Source: Botryllus schlosseri (lineage: Eukaryota). Taken from it: 64,000 nucleotides of DNA. Shown here one piece after another: positions 27,116 through 39,792 of this stretch (within the stretch, counting starts at the first letter, position 1; each line of letters starts with the position of its first letter). The notes below the pieces were generated by a model. That model saw only the letters and a program-made list of their open reading frames with translations, ran no database searches and was not told the origin of the DNA. The stretch spans positions 39,992,001 through 40,056,000 of the forward strand of contig CM119371.1 in NCBI GenBank assembly GCA_051294905.1, in the 5' to 3' direction. Made by a program: the position numbers and the translations under genes.

Positions 27116-27268
27116 TTTAATATATTTTCACTATGAATATATTATTAAAATGTATATTAAACTTTCACATACTTGATATCATCCGATATATTCTACTAAG
27201 AAACAGAAGCACTAAGCAGCATCCACGTGACTCAATATGAATGCAATGGATTATAGTTGTGAAGTGCA

Positions 27269-28050
27269 CAGGGCCGTAACTGCGGCAGCCCATGCCCCTA
27301 GTTAGGAGGGGCAAGCTCAATGGGGCCTAAAATAAGATCGTCTATTAGCATTAGGTATAAAATATTTTTTCGGAAATTCGTGCAACTTAAAAAAAAAATT
27401 CGCGCCAATAGAGATTCAAAGCTGCCAAATATCGTTTTATTGGATGCTTCTCTAAGAAAAAATACGCGCGATTAATATAAATTGGTATTTCTGCGTCGGT
27501 CATTACCGAAACACAACTCACCAAGACACAAGTTTTTATGCCATGCAACATGCGAGCTCAAAAAGTGTGCCAGATTGAACATCAGCGAGAAAAACTGGGC
27601 CGAAAAGGGCTGCCCTTAATGCTGACCGAAAACTTCGATGTATTTACATATACATACAGGACCGTAACTGCTGCACCCCAAACCTCCAAATTAGGGGGGT
27701 GGACGAGTTCAAGGGAGCCCAAAATTATTTCGTGAATTAGCATAAATTATGGACTATATTATTTGAAAATTTAGGCAACTTTCTAAAATCTTCTCGCGCT
27801 TTGCGCTATTTCCAATTACGAAATGTCTTTATTATTTGGGACTCTTTCCCAATCAAAAAACGCGCAACATTTATATAAATGGCCATTACCGCAACACGAC
27901 GCCCAAGACATATAAATATTTAGGACATATTCGATGCAACTCCAAGAAGTGTGCCAGAGCGATCGGCAGCGCTAAAACCTTGGCCGAAAAGGACTGCTCA
28001 GTGCCCATACGCTGACCGAAAACTTCGTTATATAGGCCCATACAAAATAA
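27269..28050. repeat. Two diverged tandem copies (~390 bp) of a MITE left end
   Basis: CAGG(G/A)CCGTAACTGC at 27269 and 27657; each copy runs to GCTGACCGAAAACTTCG. Confidence 0.7.
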
Positions 28051-28153
28051 TATAGGTTTAATTTTCCATAGGCGCCTAAACGACTGGCGCCGAATGTTAC
28101 TGTCTTGTCAATCTGAATCTAGGAAGACGAATACCATCTCGGAGGGGAAAATT

Positions 28154-28181
28154 CAGGGATATCTAGAACTAGATATCCCTG
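28154..28181. mobile_element. 28-bp TIR-only element
   Basis: CAGGGATATCTAG-AA-CTAGATATCCCTG; perfect TSD GGAAAATT. Empty site in the inverted paralog near 4400-4430. Confidence 0.85.
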
Positions 28182-29389
28182 GGAAAATTATATGCCAGTA
28201 AAGAAATACCAATTTGAAATAGTGTGCTGTGTCTTTTAGTTTGGTACGTTTGAGCGATTCTCTATTTTTTGCTATAGCATATACCAGTGTTGGGATGACT
28301 CGAGTCATGACTTGACTCGAGTCAGACTCGAGTCACCTTTTTCGTATGACTTGACTTGACTCGAGTCACTTTGCTAAAATGACTTGACTTGACTTGACTC
28401 GTCGTATCAGAAATATGGATTGACTCGTGACTCGGAGCAAAATTCACGAGTCAATTTCAAGTCATCGAATAATCAATGTCGATAGAAATCACTGTATCTT
28501 GCATATGTTCGGATTGTTCGCGAAACACTGATGTAATCCTTGAGAGAGACCAATCATTCAATAATCGTGCGTTTTACTGAGCCTCCATTGTTCTCTCACA
28601 AATAAATTGACCACAAACGAATTGATCGAAGCTTTCAGCTTACTTTGTCGAAAACTAGTAGTAAAGTGATTTAATAAAAAATTTCTATTTCTACTCCACG
28701 TTCTTACCTCACCCAAACCTGTTGTTTTATTAAAATTGAAATCGAATATAGTTTACACTCCTCAACCATTGGCGCAGACTCGAAGTGTATCATATCAATA
28801 TGTATAAATGGGTAATGTATTGCATCTCATCAATTCGTTTCTCAGTGGCGGCTCGTCCTATAGGGCAACTGGGGCATTGCCCCACCTAAAATTCTGTTCA
28901 ATAACAATTCAACCATTTATAGACGCACAGCAATCAATATATACCGAGATCACAGCGAAACCCGCGTTCTTCATGTGCTTTCGCTTGCAAACGCCCATAC
29001 ATAGCGAAGTCTCTGCGAAAATCGAATTCTCTTCTGTGTTTTCGCTTTGTGAATGCCTAGCCGGGGCTTGCCCCGGTAGCGCTCATAACAAGCTTTCACT
29101 ATCTATTCTCTCAAAGCCGCGCACAATAAAGAAACGGTGATTTACTCTCTCCTATTCGTAAAATGGCCGAGCAACCGGGGCAAATATGCCTACTCGCCCT
29201 TAAGGTGTGATGTAACAATCGTATCTATATCTGAACTCGGTTACCGTAATATGCGTAGAGTCGACCTTTGCTGGTATAGGTCGATTTTGACGGTGTTTCG
29301 CACCATGATAATTCTTGAAACTTGGTATGATATGTCGTGAAGGTAGTATTTAACACTGCTCCAAGTTTCAGGCTTGCTACTTAAAGATA

Positions 29390-30240
29390 ATTGTAGTAAT
29401 TCCGTTTCGGAAGTTCAGTGTGTGCTGATCTATCATGTACATAGTACAGCAAACAGATTTTACTCAAAAGCCGGTATTGGTCTCCATTGATTTTGACGAT
29501 GTTCCATACCGAGATCGGTCATGACATTTGGCACGGTAAGTGTTAGTATCGACCGCTGTAACAAGTTTTAAGTTTGTCACTGAACTATGTGGGTGGTAAT
29601 TTCGTTTCCAAAGTCGAGTAAGAGCTGACTCTTCATTTATCGCCAACAAATTTACGCAAAAGCCGTTATTGGTCTCTATTGATTTTAACGATGTTCCATA
29701 CCTAGATCTGTCATGAGCTTTCACACGGTATGTCTTGATTTTAGTATCGAACGCGGTGCCAAGTCTTAAAGTTGACACTCAATGATTGAGGCAGTTATTT
29801 CGTTTTCGAGGTCGAGTATGGTAGAGATGCGCGCTGATCTGATACTTAGCCTACCTACGTCATTGCGGATCTCACGCAAAAGCCGGTGTCGGTCTGTGCT
29901 AATCTGTAGTCTGCGTTCCATAACGAGATCGGTGATGATATTTCCAATGGTATATCTCGATGATCGCATGAAACAGCTAACCAAGATTCTCGGTTTGCAT
30001 TCAAATATTCATATAATTTCATGTTCGCCAATGTCCATTTCACTGTGAAATTGTGGCCTTCAAACCATTTGCTTACAATCCCCTGTCAATTGCGATAGCT
30101 ATTTCATTTTCGATGTCGGCTAACAGCTGATCATTCGATCAGCCTATTCCTCGATCTATTTTACTCAAAGTTCGGTGTTCGTCTGTTTGCATTGATTTTG
30201 ACAGTGTACCATACCGGAATGGGTTATGAGATTGCGTATG
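29390..30240. repeat. Degenerate tandem repeat, ~4 units of 190-290 bp
   Basis: CAAAAGCCG..ATTGGTCT...CCATACC.AGATC near 29461, 29655, 29875 and 30162. Confidence 0.7.
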
Positions 30241-30749
30241 CTACTTCTCGATGATTTCTTGTAACAGTATACTAAGTTACGGCTTTTATTCATGTATTTA
30301 TATATTAGTATATTTTCCAACGGCGATTTCGCAGCAGACTTATAGACAGTAAGCCGTATGTGTTGTGTCACAGTCTCCAGTTTCAAGGCCAAAATGTCCT
30401 ACGTTGTTCCGAGACCGAAGTTCCGAGGCTGCTGTCCTTAGTTCTTCAAAGACCATTCAAATTGATGTTCTGGATTCAATATGACAGGCCCAATCTATGA
30501 GATAACAATTGCGTATGTGTCCGAACTCGTTGACCTTTCCAGTTAGGCTTACGCAATCTCTCGAGTTCTAGTCATTGGAATTAGTAAGGTCAAGTCAAGT
30601 GCGAACATGAATCGTATTGAATCTTTATTCCGTACGTAGTTTACGCAGTTGCCTTTAGAGCGAAAATGAGAGGTCTAGAAGTTGTCCAGTCTATTGATCC
30701 AATCGTACGCCGGGTGCCTCCGCTTTGGTTGCCTATTATCACCTGGTCG

Positions 30750-31767
30750 TAACCAGAGATGGCCAAAGTCCGGTTCAGGAGCCGGAGCAGGATTTCAATG
30801 TTTTTTTACCTGGCCGGACTGGATCCGGATTTCGAATTTGGGGTGACGGTCGGATTTTAGGGTCTATCGATTTGCGTAATCTATAACTCTACCATGAAAT
30901 CAAAACGCATGCTACTAAGGATGACCTGATACTTGATTCGTGGCATAGGGACGATTCTTAGTTCACGTACATTTTGTAAAATAATCCTTTGATTAAAAAT
31001 AAATGAATAAAACATTTGTTACCACACTTCAAGTCACGGCGGTCGCTGCAACGGCTTGTTGCAAGACACGCTGGTATAGTGCTTGATTGGAGTCGACGCT
31101 ACAGCTTACAGTTCCTGTTGTACGCACTAGTCACTGACTAATGACCGCTCTGAGTATACTCTTGCAATCCTGATCACACACGCAGATCCAAGGAGCTTTC
31201 TTTACTAGCACAGAACAGCCAAATAGTAGTAATTAGTGGTCAGAAACTTGTAGATTTACCAGGTTCAATGATACTGCGGTTCAATAAGAAATAGAAAGAA
31301 TAAATGAAGCGAAATGGAGCCAATTGTCTATCTTACGTCTGCCGCGCCAGCGCGCCCACCTCCATATGCGGGCTCTGAGAACACGTGCCTCGCAGATTGC
31401 CTGTACCCGTGTGTGCCGTCACGGTTTTGGTTTGCGTGCGGCCTACTTATGCTTTCGCGCATGACAGGCGTTTACATAACCAGAGATGGCCAAAGTCCGG
31501 TTCAGGAGCCGGAGCAGGATTTCAATGTTTTTTTACCTGGCCGGACTGGATCCGGATTTCGAATTTGGGGTGACGGTCGGATTTTAGGGTCTATCGATTT
31601 GCGTAATCTATAACTCTACCATGAAATCAAAACGCATGCTACTAAGGATGACCTGATACTTGATTCGTGGCATAGGGACGATTCTTAGTTCACGTACATT
31701 TTGTAAAATAATCCTTTGATTAAAAATAAATGAATAAAACATTTGTTACCACACTTCAAGTCACGGC
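30750..31767. repeat. 291-bp direct repeat pair (30750-31040, 31477-31767)
   Basis: Copies look identical by eye, offset 727 bp. Each begins TAAC-CAGAGATGGCC and carries CCGGA motifs. Confidence 0.92.
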
Positions 31768-33555
31768 TCACCGGCAAACCTCTCGCGGCACCTACGTTAA
31801 AATCACTGTTGTCGGGAAATTCATGTGACCATCATAAAGTTACTTTTTTACGTTGGAAAACGCCATTGTGACGTAATGTGGATAAAAGTCGCTCGCAGCC
31901 CTTGCCCCACCACCCGATATTGTCACGAGCCGCCACTGTCGTTTCTCTATTAACGCTGGCAACTATAAACTGATGGTATGCAATTACTTGCGCAGTTTAA
32001 CAGTTCTACGTATATGCGAGCGATACAGCGTCTTATTTCGTATATTTAACTTTACATTCGTTCATCGGTGCAATGACCCCTCAATCTGTAATTCAGACAG
32101 CTAGCAATATGCAATGAGGTAATCATGCCACATACTTCGAAAATGCAACTTGACTTGAAATGTGACTTGACTCGTGACTTGACTTGACTTGACTCGACTT
32201 GACTCGAGTCACCTCCAAAAATCGAGTGACTTGACTTGACTCGAGTCACCTTCGAAAATCGATTGACTTGACTTGACTCGAGTCAAAATGTGCAATGACT
32301 CGAAATGACTCGTGACTCGAAGGTAGTGACTTGATCCCAACACTGGCATATACAAGAGGTCCCAAAATAACATCATATAACGAAGTCATACTAAGGGGTG
32401 CGCCCGCTCGAAGATGTTCAATTATTATTTACAGGACCTGCAGTTTCCAAGACAACCCGCTCAACTCTACCGGTGAATATGATTGCGTGAGCACAGAACA
32501 CAAGACATTGATAGCAATATATATATGCAATCCCCGATCTTATTGACCGATTTCATCATGAATTATCGAAAACTTTTGCGCTCCGCCTGAACGAATGGTA
32601 CAGCTAATTTCATGGCAAGAGGGAGTAACGTCATTGGGGAGGTCGGTTTATCACCCTATGGGAGCCCAAGGCCTAAGATTTTTGGGGTTTGACGAACTGC
32701 TGTTTCATTCCTGCCAACGCGTATACGCCTGAAGATGTTCAATTATTATTATCGAAGGGTCCTACCTTCTCAAACGCACATCACTCAGCTCTACTTGGTA
32801 AATCTCATCAGCTGAGCAGAGAGAGGATACAAATTGATAGCAATATATATGCAATTCCCGATGATATTGGCCGATTCAAGATTTAATTATTGAAATTTTT
32901 CGCGCTTGGCGCGTCTAGGCTAGAATAGCCGGCTCACTCAACGTAGATGACAAGTAGTGACAAAAAGCGGATACTCGAATGGTGTCTGGACGTCCAAATG
33001 TTCTCGTTTCTTAAGAATTTGTCCTCTTTTTTCCAAACTAAGTAATGAAATGCGATCAAAAATCGGACTCAGACGCATCAAACGGTAGAGTTGGCAAAAT
33101 AATAAACGAAAGATATGACCCGTTGGGAGTATATTTGCGAGAGAGAGAAATCTGACAAAATGAACTTACTAATCAACACCGATATTGCAAGGCAAAAGCG
33201 GGTATTTCGGGAGTCGAATGGGGAAGCACAATACTACTATTCGAAGAAATTCCAAATCACCAGTTAACTTTTCCACTATGATAGCTTTAGGAATTATTGA
33301 TTCTAGATTCACTTAGAAACTGGGCGAAGAAGCCGATATGTTACAGCAAATGACTTTAATTTAGAAATACCGCCTATTTCGAGTGTCAAAAATCTGCTTT
33401 AGTGCCTATTCGGAACAGTTACGCTCAAACAACTATACTCAAAATATGCCACTCCTCGACTAAATATAACATTCCAAACAACTTACTCCAAAACTTTCCA
33501 GGCGCTACTTTCTTCTTTTTCGCGTGTCTTTGACATCGTTATAGCTATTTGTAGA

Positions 33556-33964
33556 TAGGCTTACCATACGTCCTCTATTAAGAGGATTTGTCCTCTTTTT
33601 TGACTTTTTTGAAAGTGTCCTCGGAGGACGCCCTTTTGTCCTCTTTTTTGAAAATTTATGTCAGATTTAGAGCAAATAGCGAGTGATAGAACGCAAATTA
33701 GCACAGAAGTGAAGCTCCGGCAGGTATTTCGGAGTGAAAAACGGTGAATTTAGCTTTGAGCGAAAAGATGACCTTTTTTTTAGTCATCCACCTGGCAATG
33801 TGGAAAGAAAAATGGTACTTTGAGCTCTGAGCGGAAGAGATGACCTTTTTTTTTTAGTCGACCAATCACAAAGTGGGAGAAATTTGAGAATTCTACTCCG
33901 GTTTTGCAAGTTGCAAATTTCTGAAAAAGTGTCCCGTTTAGATTTCCAAAATATGGTAAGCCTA
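33556..33964. mobile_element. MITE with TAGGCTTACCATA TIR
   Basis: 13-bp perfect TIR and TGTCC motifs. TSD weak. Confidence 0.7.
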
Positions 33965-34186
33965 CTTATAGTGGACTCGAAACTAAAGACGTTATGCTTA
34001 TTCTCGTCTACTAACGATGCATCATAGGTTGCACTCTAAACTAACGTAAGTTTCACACTAATGAATAGCAGCGGGGTCTGTGTTGCACCAAATCCACAAG
34101 TTTTATTTGTGATGATCGCGTTAAAATAATAAGATATCAGGCAGCGGTTCTAGTTTTCGAGTTCGGTTCAAATCAGATTTAACCAT

Positions 34187-36408
34187 TCACACACTTTCCC
34201 AGTCAGAGTCACCATACGGACTGAACGATCTGTCGGAATCAACTTGTGAAAAGACGCCAGGCGTGATTTCATCATCAGAGTGGAAGCTGCTATCGTCCGT
34301 GCTGTTCACCTTTACCTAACCTTCACCTTCATCATCTTCGATCATCATGCTGAATTCATAGATCTGACACTCATGCACGGACGATTCTCCGGCATTCGGC
34401 GTTTCGATAACGGCACGTTACGGTCCCAATCGTCCAAAGCGAGAGCGCACACTTGTTGTTTCACAGAGATAGAACCCAACGGTTCGTAATTCGACGAGTC
34501 GAAAGTGCGGATAGATGACGTCAAACCTGGCCGCTCTTCGATGTCAATCTCCGTGGCGCACATAACACTCCAGTTACGATTGAATATCGATAGGCATTGA
34601 TCGACAGCAGGCACCGACTAACTCAATTTAAAATCTCTCGTACCCAAACTTCAGTATTTATGATCACTTCAAAACCGTTCGGGTGGACCACTCCGATTAC
34701 GGCATGGTTGAACATTATCAAATCTTTGTATAGGCAACGTCTGGAGCTTTCGGACATCCCAGAAACACCCGTCGCTTAGGACTAACCGGTCGTGGTACGA
34801 AAACGTGGCGCGATTTTTTTTGGTAGCAACACGACTGGTTGTCTTCTATATAGGTATCATCCCTCACGTCATTTCCGTAGGTGTTGATAGCAGTGCCGGT
34901 GTCGAGGTCGTAGATAATTGCTTGGGTTGAAACACTCGTGGCGACTAGTTTGTCTTGCACGGTCTTGGAAAATTCGACTTAATCAATACTGTCAAAAGTT
35001 ACCTTTATGTTGAAAGTATTGTCCATTGCTAATAGAACGCAGTTGTGGGAGCACCAGTTGGATGATAGCGTCAGCACTACGTCTCCGTCGTACGAGGGTG
35101 CGGTGCTGATAACGGCCAAATCGAAAACTCCTGTCATGAAGTGATCTTCAAAGTTTGGCGCATTGGGGAATTGAGGATTTCCAGCACTGTCTCCGAGAAT
35201 GAGCCCGCAATCGTCGTTGTGACTGAACGGTCCACAGACATGAAGCGCGAATTTCGATCCCTGGTTGGCCGAATCTCCCTGGCAGGTCTGAATTGCCGGT
35301 AAATCATTCTACATCTGCGCCGCATACCGCCCCATTCAGGATAAACCCCTGTCGACAGTTTCGTTTTTGGATGTTGATCGATGCTTCCATTTTGTTCATA
35401 GGCTTGGAGCAACGGCGGTGAGCGAATAGAGAAAACGGAGGTATAGGCACTACCAGTTTCCTACACTCGAATTGTTCGTGATTGCTGCATTCCTCGATGA
35501 GAGAACTGAGAGTAACACATCGCGCTACATGATTACTTTCACTGAATTCCTACTTTTCCGCAATAAAAACTTTTGCTTGTTTCCAATTTTCTCACATATT
35601 GATGCGTGCCAAAAAAGTTATCATCTTTATCTGGAAAAGTCCCAACCTCCAGTGTCCTGTATGGATCCGTCAAAAACAGACAAATCTAAATAATCAAGAG
35701 AAAGTCCGCATTATTATACCGCGTGCGAGTCTTCTGGCCAACATTACTTGTCATTATTGCCTTCCAGTCAGCGTCGAGTGTAATTGCTTTTCTCGTTACG
35801 ATTCTTTTTCAAGAGTAACTTCACATTGTTGCAAAACTTGACGTGTAGCTGTTTCTTGTCTTTGCGGATGGACTTCAGGATAACTTCATGTAATTTGCTG
35901 CTCGAGACGTGAAGCTTTGGTAAGATTTCACGCACTAGACGGTTTTCGGCAGGCCCTACGAGCGCTTTACAAGCAAAGTAACGGGTTTTGTCTGCTGTAC
36001 TTGCCGGCTTCGTGACACTTAACAAAGATAGCAGGGTGTGCATGCCGTGCGCCTGCCGAACGAGTTTCCACAATGTTTCTTTAACTTCACGTTTCTTGTT
36101 GTTATACCATGGTGCAGAGTGCATTTTCAAAGGTTCAGTGTCATCCCTGCTTTCAGTACCAGTAAATTCAGTACAATTTGCGATAACAGCAATGGTTGAA
36201 TTTACAGAAACCCATCCGTGTAGGTGGCGTCGTTAATGTTAAGAAAAGTTTCAATCAAGTTTAGTACGACATTGAGTCCGATCACATCCACCCCAAAATC
36301 AGGGTAACATTCCGCATGTGTGATTTGACAACATCTCAGATTGCTGTCGAATTGTTTGCTTCCGTGTACGCTTAATTTTGTCTCATCTGCCGCCATCTCT
36401 TTCGCTAT
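34187..36408 (-). pseudogene. DCAF1: DCAF1/VprBP-like pseudogene, 2.2-kb terminal exon (ARM end, LisH remnant, WD40, acidic tail)
   Basis: Across frames: LWKLVRQAHGMHTLLSLLSV..P...AD..R..ACKALVG, HVKFC, PPFSLF, IY.QFRP, VEFSKTVQDK, IYDLDTG, NRATF, WDVR, HPNGFEVIINTEVW, VPAVDQC, SSIRTFDSSNYEPLGSISVK, in the order recalled for DCAF1. Many frameshifts and stops. Acceptor TTTTTCAG ends at 36409. Confidence 0.9.
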
Positions 36409-36525
36409 CTGAAAAACAAATGCTTCTGAATAAATAAATATCCTAGTTAATCAAACACGCCCGTAAACTATCCAGACTGTGAGCCGGACATAAACCGTTT
36501 GTGCATGTACATCAATAAAACTTAC

Positions 36526-39500
36526 AAATGGAATTCGAATTTTTGCAGACAACTCAAAGTCTGATGCATTGAAGGGATTTATTCAAAAGTTGGACTATGG
36601 ATTTATATTTCGCCAAGACAATTCTCCAATATCTTCAGTACACAATCTAATGTACGGCCACATATTAATTCAGAACACGAGTATTTAGGGGAATACTTGT
36701 ATACACGATTGAAGTTTAGTTATGTATATGAAATCCGAGGAAGTGTCTAATTGTGATCAATCTAATACCCCGAAATATGATTCTGTTGATGTATTTTGAT
36801 TTAAAATAGTCTTCAGCGTGTCGAGATAACAAGTAGATTGACTTTCTGCACTTTAAATACGACTGTTCCGATTTTTATCCAGCCCATAGAGCGAAAATAT
36901 GAGATTTTAGTCGAAATAGCCGCATGGAATATCTCCAAAAATAGAGCCAATTTGAAAAAAACTAAACATTCTTACTTTGTCTGCCAAAAAACTATTTGTT
37001 GAATAGTGTAATTAATCTATATCACTGTGTATGAAAATGGATCGAGCATGGGATGACAGGATTATTCGCAACCCTCATTTTTAAAACGCTCACCCATTGC
37101 GACATCTACTTACCTGTCATGAAAGTCGGCGTCGAGTAGCTGCCAGGCATCTGTTTCTCGATACACTGAAATGAGAAATAATTTACAAAATATAAAATTC
37201 TTGTTAGTAAAAAATATATGCGCCGGCACAAAATCCAAATACTGTTACTAATTAGGATTTTAAATCCAAATCCAGAATTAATTTCGTATTAGAGGTTAGT
37301 AACTAATTACTTCTACTTTTTCATAGACTCAGGTAATATTGTCTACTTGCGCCGATTAATCAAGCGGTTTTAACTTTAGAACACTTCCATTCTTGCTTGT
37401 TGTAACAGTTGTTAGACTAAACCAGTGCTCTTCAACCTTTTTCGACGTGGTACACCCTTTTAACGTTTGCTCAAAACTCGTACACCCCTGTTCATTAGGG
37501 GTCTTCAAAAATGACTTTTTTCCTCAAATCGTACTGGCTACTTGATAAAATTGTTAGGTTACCTAACTTAAGCCTACACACCAAATTTGGTTCAATTCCA
37601 ACCAGTAGCCGCATGGCTACGGAAGAAGAAAGTTTCTATTTATAATATAAAAATATATAACAAAAAATGTGAAATTTTTCTGTTCACCCCATGAAAGTAT
37701 TTGGTTGTCTATAAAAATGATGTTTTTCAAATTTGGCTCAATTCCAACCAGTAGAAGCGGAGTTATTGCCGTCAAAAAATTTGGATTTGAATAAAATAGT
37801 CTTTGGTCACAGAGTCTATTCGCAGCCAGTTAGGTCGCCCGCCACGCAAATTGGAATTCATTTCGTGTCAGCCCCAAAACAGCATGACATTACGAACGAT
37901 AATCAACCTAAATGTAACAGTATTGGGGAGAGAGTAGGTAAAGCTACTGCTGCAGAAGCGGTAATTCTGATCAGCGATGATAGCAGGCGCACCAGCCTAC
38001 TGCGTACCTGGCCTGCCTCACACCACACACACACACACAGTCGATAGTAGCACATGGGCTGCAAGAGATGTCAGTAACCTCAGATCGTATGTCGCTATAC
38101 ACAGTCTATTGTCGCTAATTTGCACACTAATAACAAAATACTAAATTGCAAATGTATGGTGAAATATTGGACATAAAATCGGCATTTTAAAACAAAAGGA
38201 TTTCGATTTCAACATGGAAGCTGTTTCGACCCTGGCTGGCTACGTCACTTCATTTATGTGCATTGCGGTATTTATTAACTTCGGGTAGGAAGTACCGATT
38301 CAAGAAGTCTGAGCTATCGCGGCGGTTTCCTCAAAAATCACTAAAAGACAAATGACTAGCTGTTCAGTGAACACATGTTTGTTAACTGCATACTTTCCAA
38401 CACTAAACGGAAACATTGGTCTATCGCCGACGGCTAAATGAATACGAGAAATATTTGCTTATGACATCACAATCAAGCGGTGTACAGTATTACACTTGAG
38501 GTTGAGATAACATCGTACCATATTGCTCATTAACCTGTGCGTCAACCTGTACTGACCCATAAACCGGTCTTTGTGATAGCTAGCCATCGGCTCATTGTAA
38601 TTCGGATCTGGTACACCCCTGTACACCCCATCCGAGTGGTACACCCTTTGCAAATCCTGGTACACCCTAGGGTGTACGACAACCCCGGTTGAAGAGCACT
38701 GGACTAAACTAATTACTTTGTACATTTTGGATTTTAAAAAGTAGTTTCGAGACGGGTGTTCTGCACTTTCCCTCAGTGAAAGTTTCATAGGAGTCACGTG
38801 AAGTCGTGAAATAGTCCATGTATTGCGGTAACTGAATCTATTTTATAAGATTTTGCTCACTTGCGGTGTATTTAGTCATTTTTCATTACCCTCAACTAAA
38901 TGTACTTTTTGTAACTGCTCACGTGAATACACCTCTGATCATCCACGAATTCGTGTTAGCAACTTTCAGAACCAATGAGTGTCAGTATGCTCATCCGGTG
39001 TCGCAAAAGATCCACGAAGTGTTTTCTCCTATGGTTACGAAAATATACGAATCCCCAAACTTTTTTGACTCATCGCCCTCTCAGTAAGATCTATATATCT
39101 TCACCACAGCCCGAAAAGCTGGGGTGTCATCAGCTGCGAAGTACTTCTACTTTTCTCTTGTGCTCAACTAGTTTATAGCGACTCGTTCACATACTTAAGT
39201 AGTTTTCATTTGAATATTACTTCTACGCCAGTTTTCTAATCTGAAACACTGATTTTGCATTTATGATTCGAAATTGATAGAATTCATAAACAAGTTCACA
39301 ACCAGCAACGTATGGGAAATAATGCGTTGAACAATGACTCGCATTAAATATAGAATCTTGAATCACACGACTATTCATTACTACCGTTCGTTATCAGGTA
39401 GCCGTGGTAATGACGCTACGTCTTGCCATGTCATAGCCACAAAATTTCTAGTTGCGTTAGTAACGCATTTGGCATGTTACGTGAGATGAACATTTCATGC

Positions 39501-39792
39501 AAAAGGATCACACATATTTTTTATACCCAATATTTTAACACCTAGGCCTATACCTAATAATATACGTAAATATGTAACCAAACAACAACAACTCACATTC
39601 TAAAGCTTCCAACTCAGTATCGATATCATTTGCAATCTTCTGGGCTTTCTTTCATTCGTCTCCTTTCAACATGTCATCTTCATGGCCATATATCAATGTT
39701 ACTTTCTTCGAAGTAGAATTGTTGACGAGAGACGAAATGTCATTGAGTGAAGCATAACATTCATCTTCGAATGAGCATCTGATATATTCGAT
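36526..39792 (-). pseudogene. DCAF1: DCAF1-like exons 39597-39792, 37114-37165, 36526-36646
   Basis: AG/GT boundaries with consistent phases (0-1, 1-2, 2-0) into the terminal exon; three in-frame stops. IEYIRCSFE resembles ALRKYFE and GELSW resembles the LYW segment. Confidence 0.7.
37423..38701. mobile_element. hAT-type MITE in DCAF1 intron (GTACACCC motifs)
   Basis: 15-bp perfect TIR CAGTGCTCTTCAACC; perfect TSD GACTAAAC. Confidence 0.93.

Larger units (their letters stand above)
24262..27160. mobile_element. Penelope-like element 2: tail-out inverted dimer with central pLTR fragment
   Basis: 16-bp TSD ACTTTCACATACTTGA (24246-24261, 27161-27176). Minus arm 24262-25986, pLTR piece 25988-26106, plus arm 26110-27160. 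Confidence 0.95.
28843..31938. mobile_element. 3.1-kb non-autonomous hAT-type element
   Basis: CAGTGGCGGCTCGT...ACGAGCCGCCACTG; perfect TSD TCGTTTCT. Empty site near 55880. No transposase seen. Confidence 0.92.
28285..32345. mobile_element. GACTCGAG-family hAT MITE expanded by nested insertion
   Basis: CAGTGTTGGGAT...ATCCCAACACTG; perfect TSD GCATATAC. Confidence 0.93.

Noticed and set aside
29390..30240. Repeat-spacer pattern resembling a CRISPR array
   Set aside because: Repeats are long and degenerate, the spacers are related to each other, the context is a eukaryotic transposon interior, and there are no cas genes.
28843..31938. Autonomous hAT transposase
   Set aside because: No long ORF and no BED, DDE or dimerisation motifs seen in this or any other TIR element in the window.
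36300..39720. TIR-domain-like reading (KKVTLIYGHED...LLDADF...SKQFDSNLRC) fused to DCAF1
   Set aside because: Including exon 36526-36646 breaks the TIR spacing, and the segment is explained colinearly by the DCAF1 ARM region.
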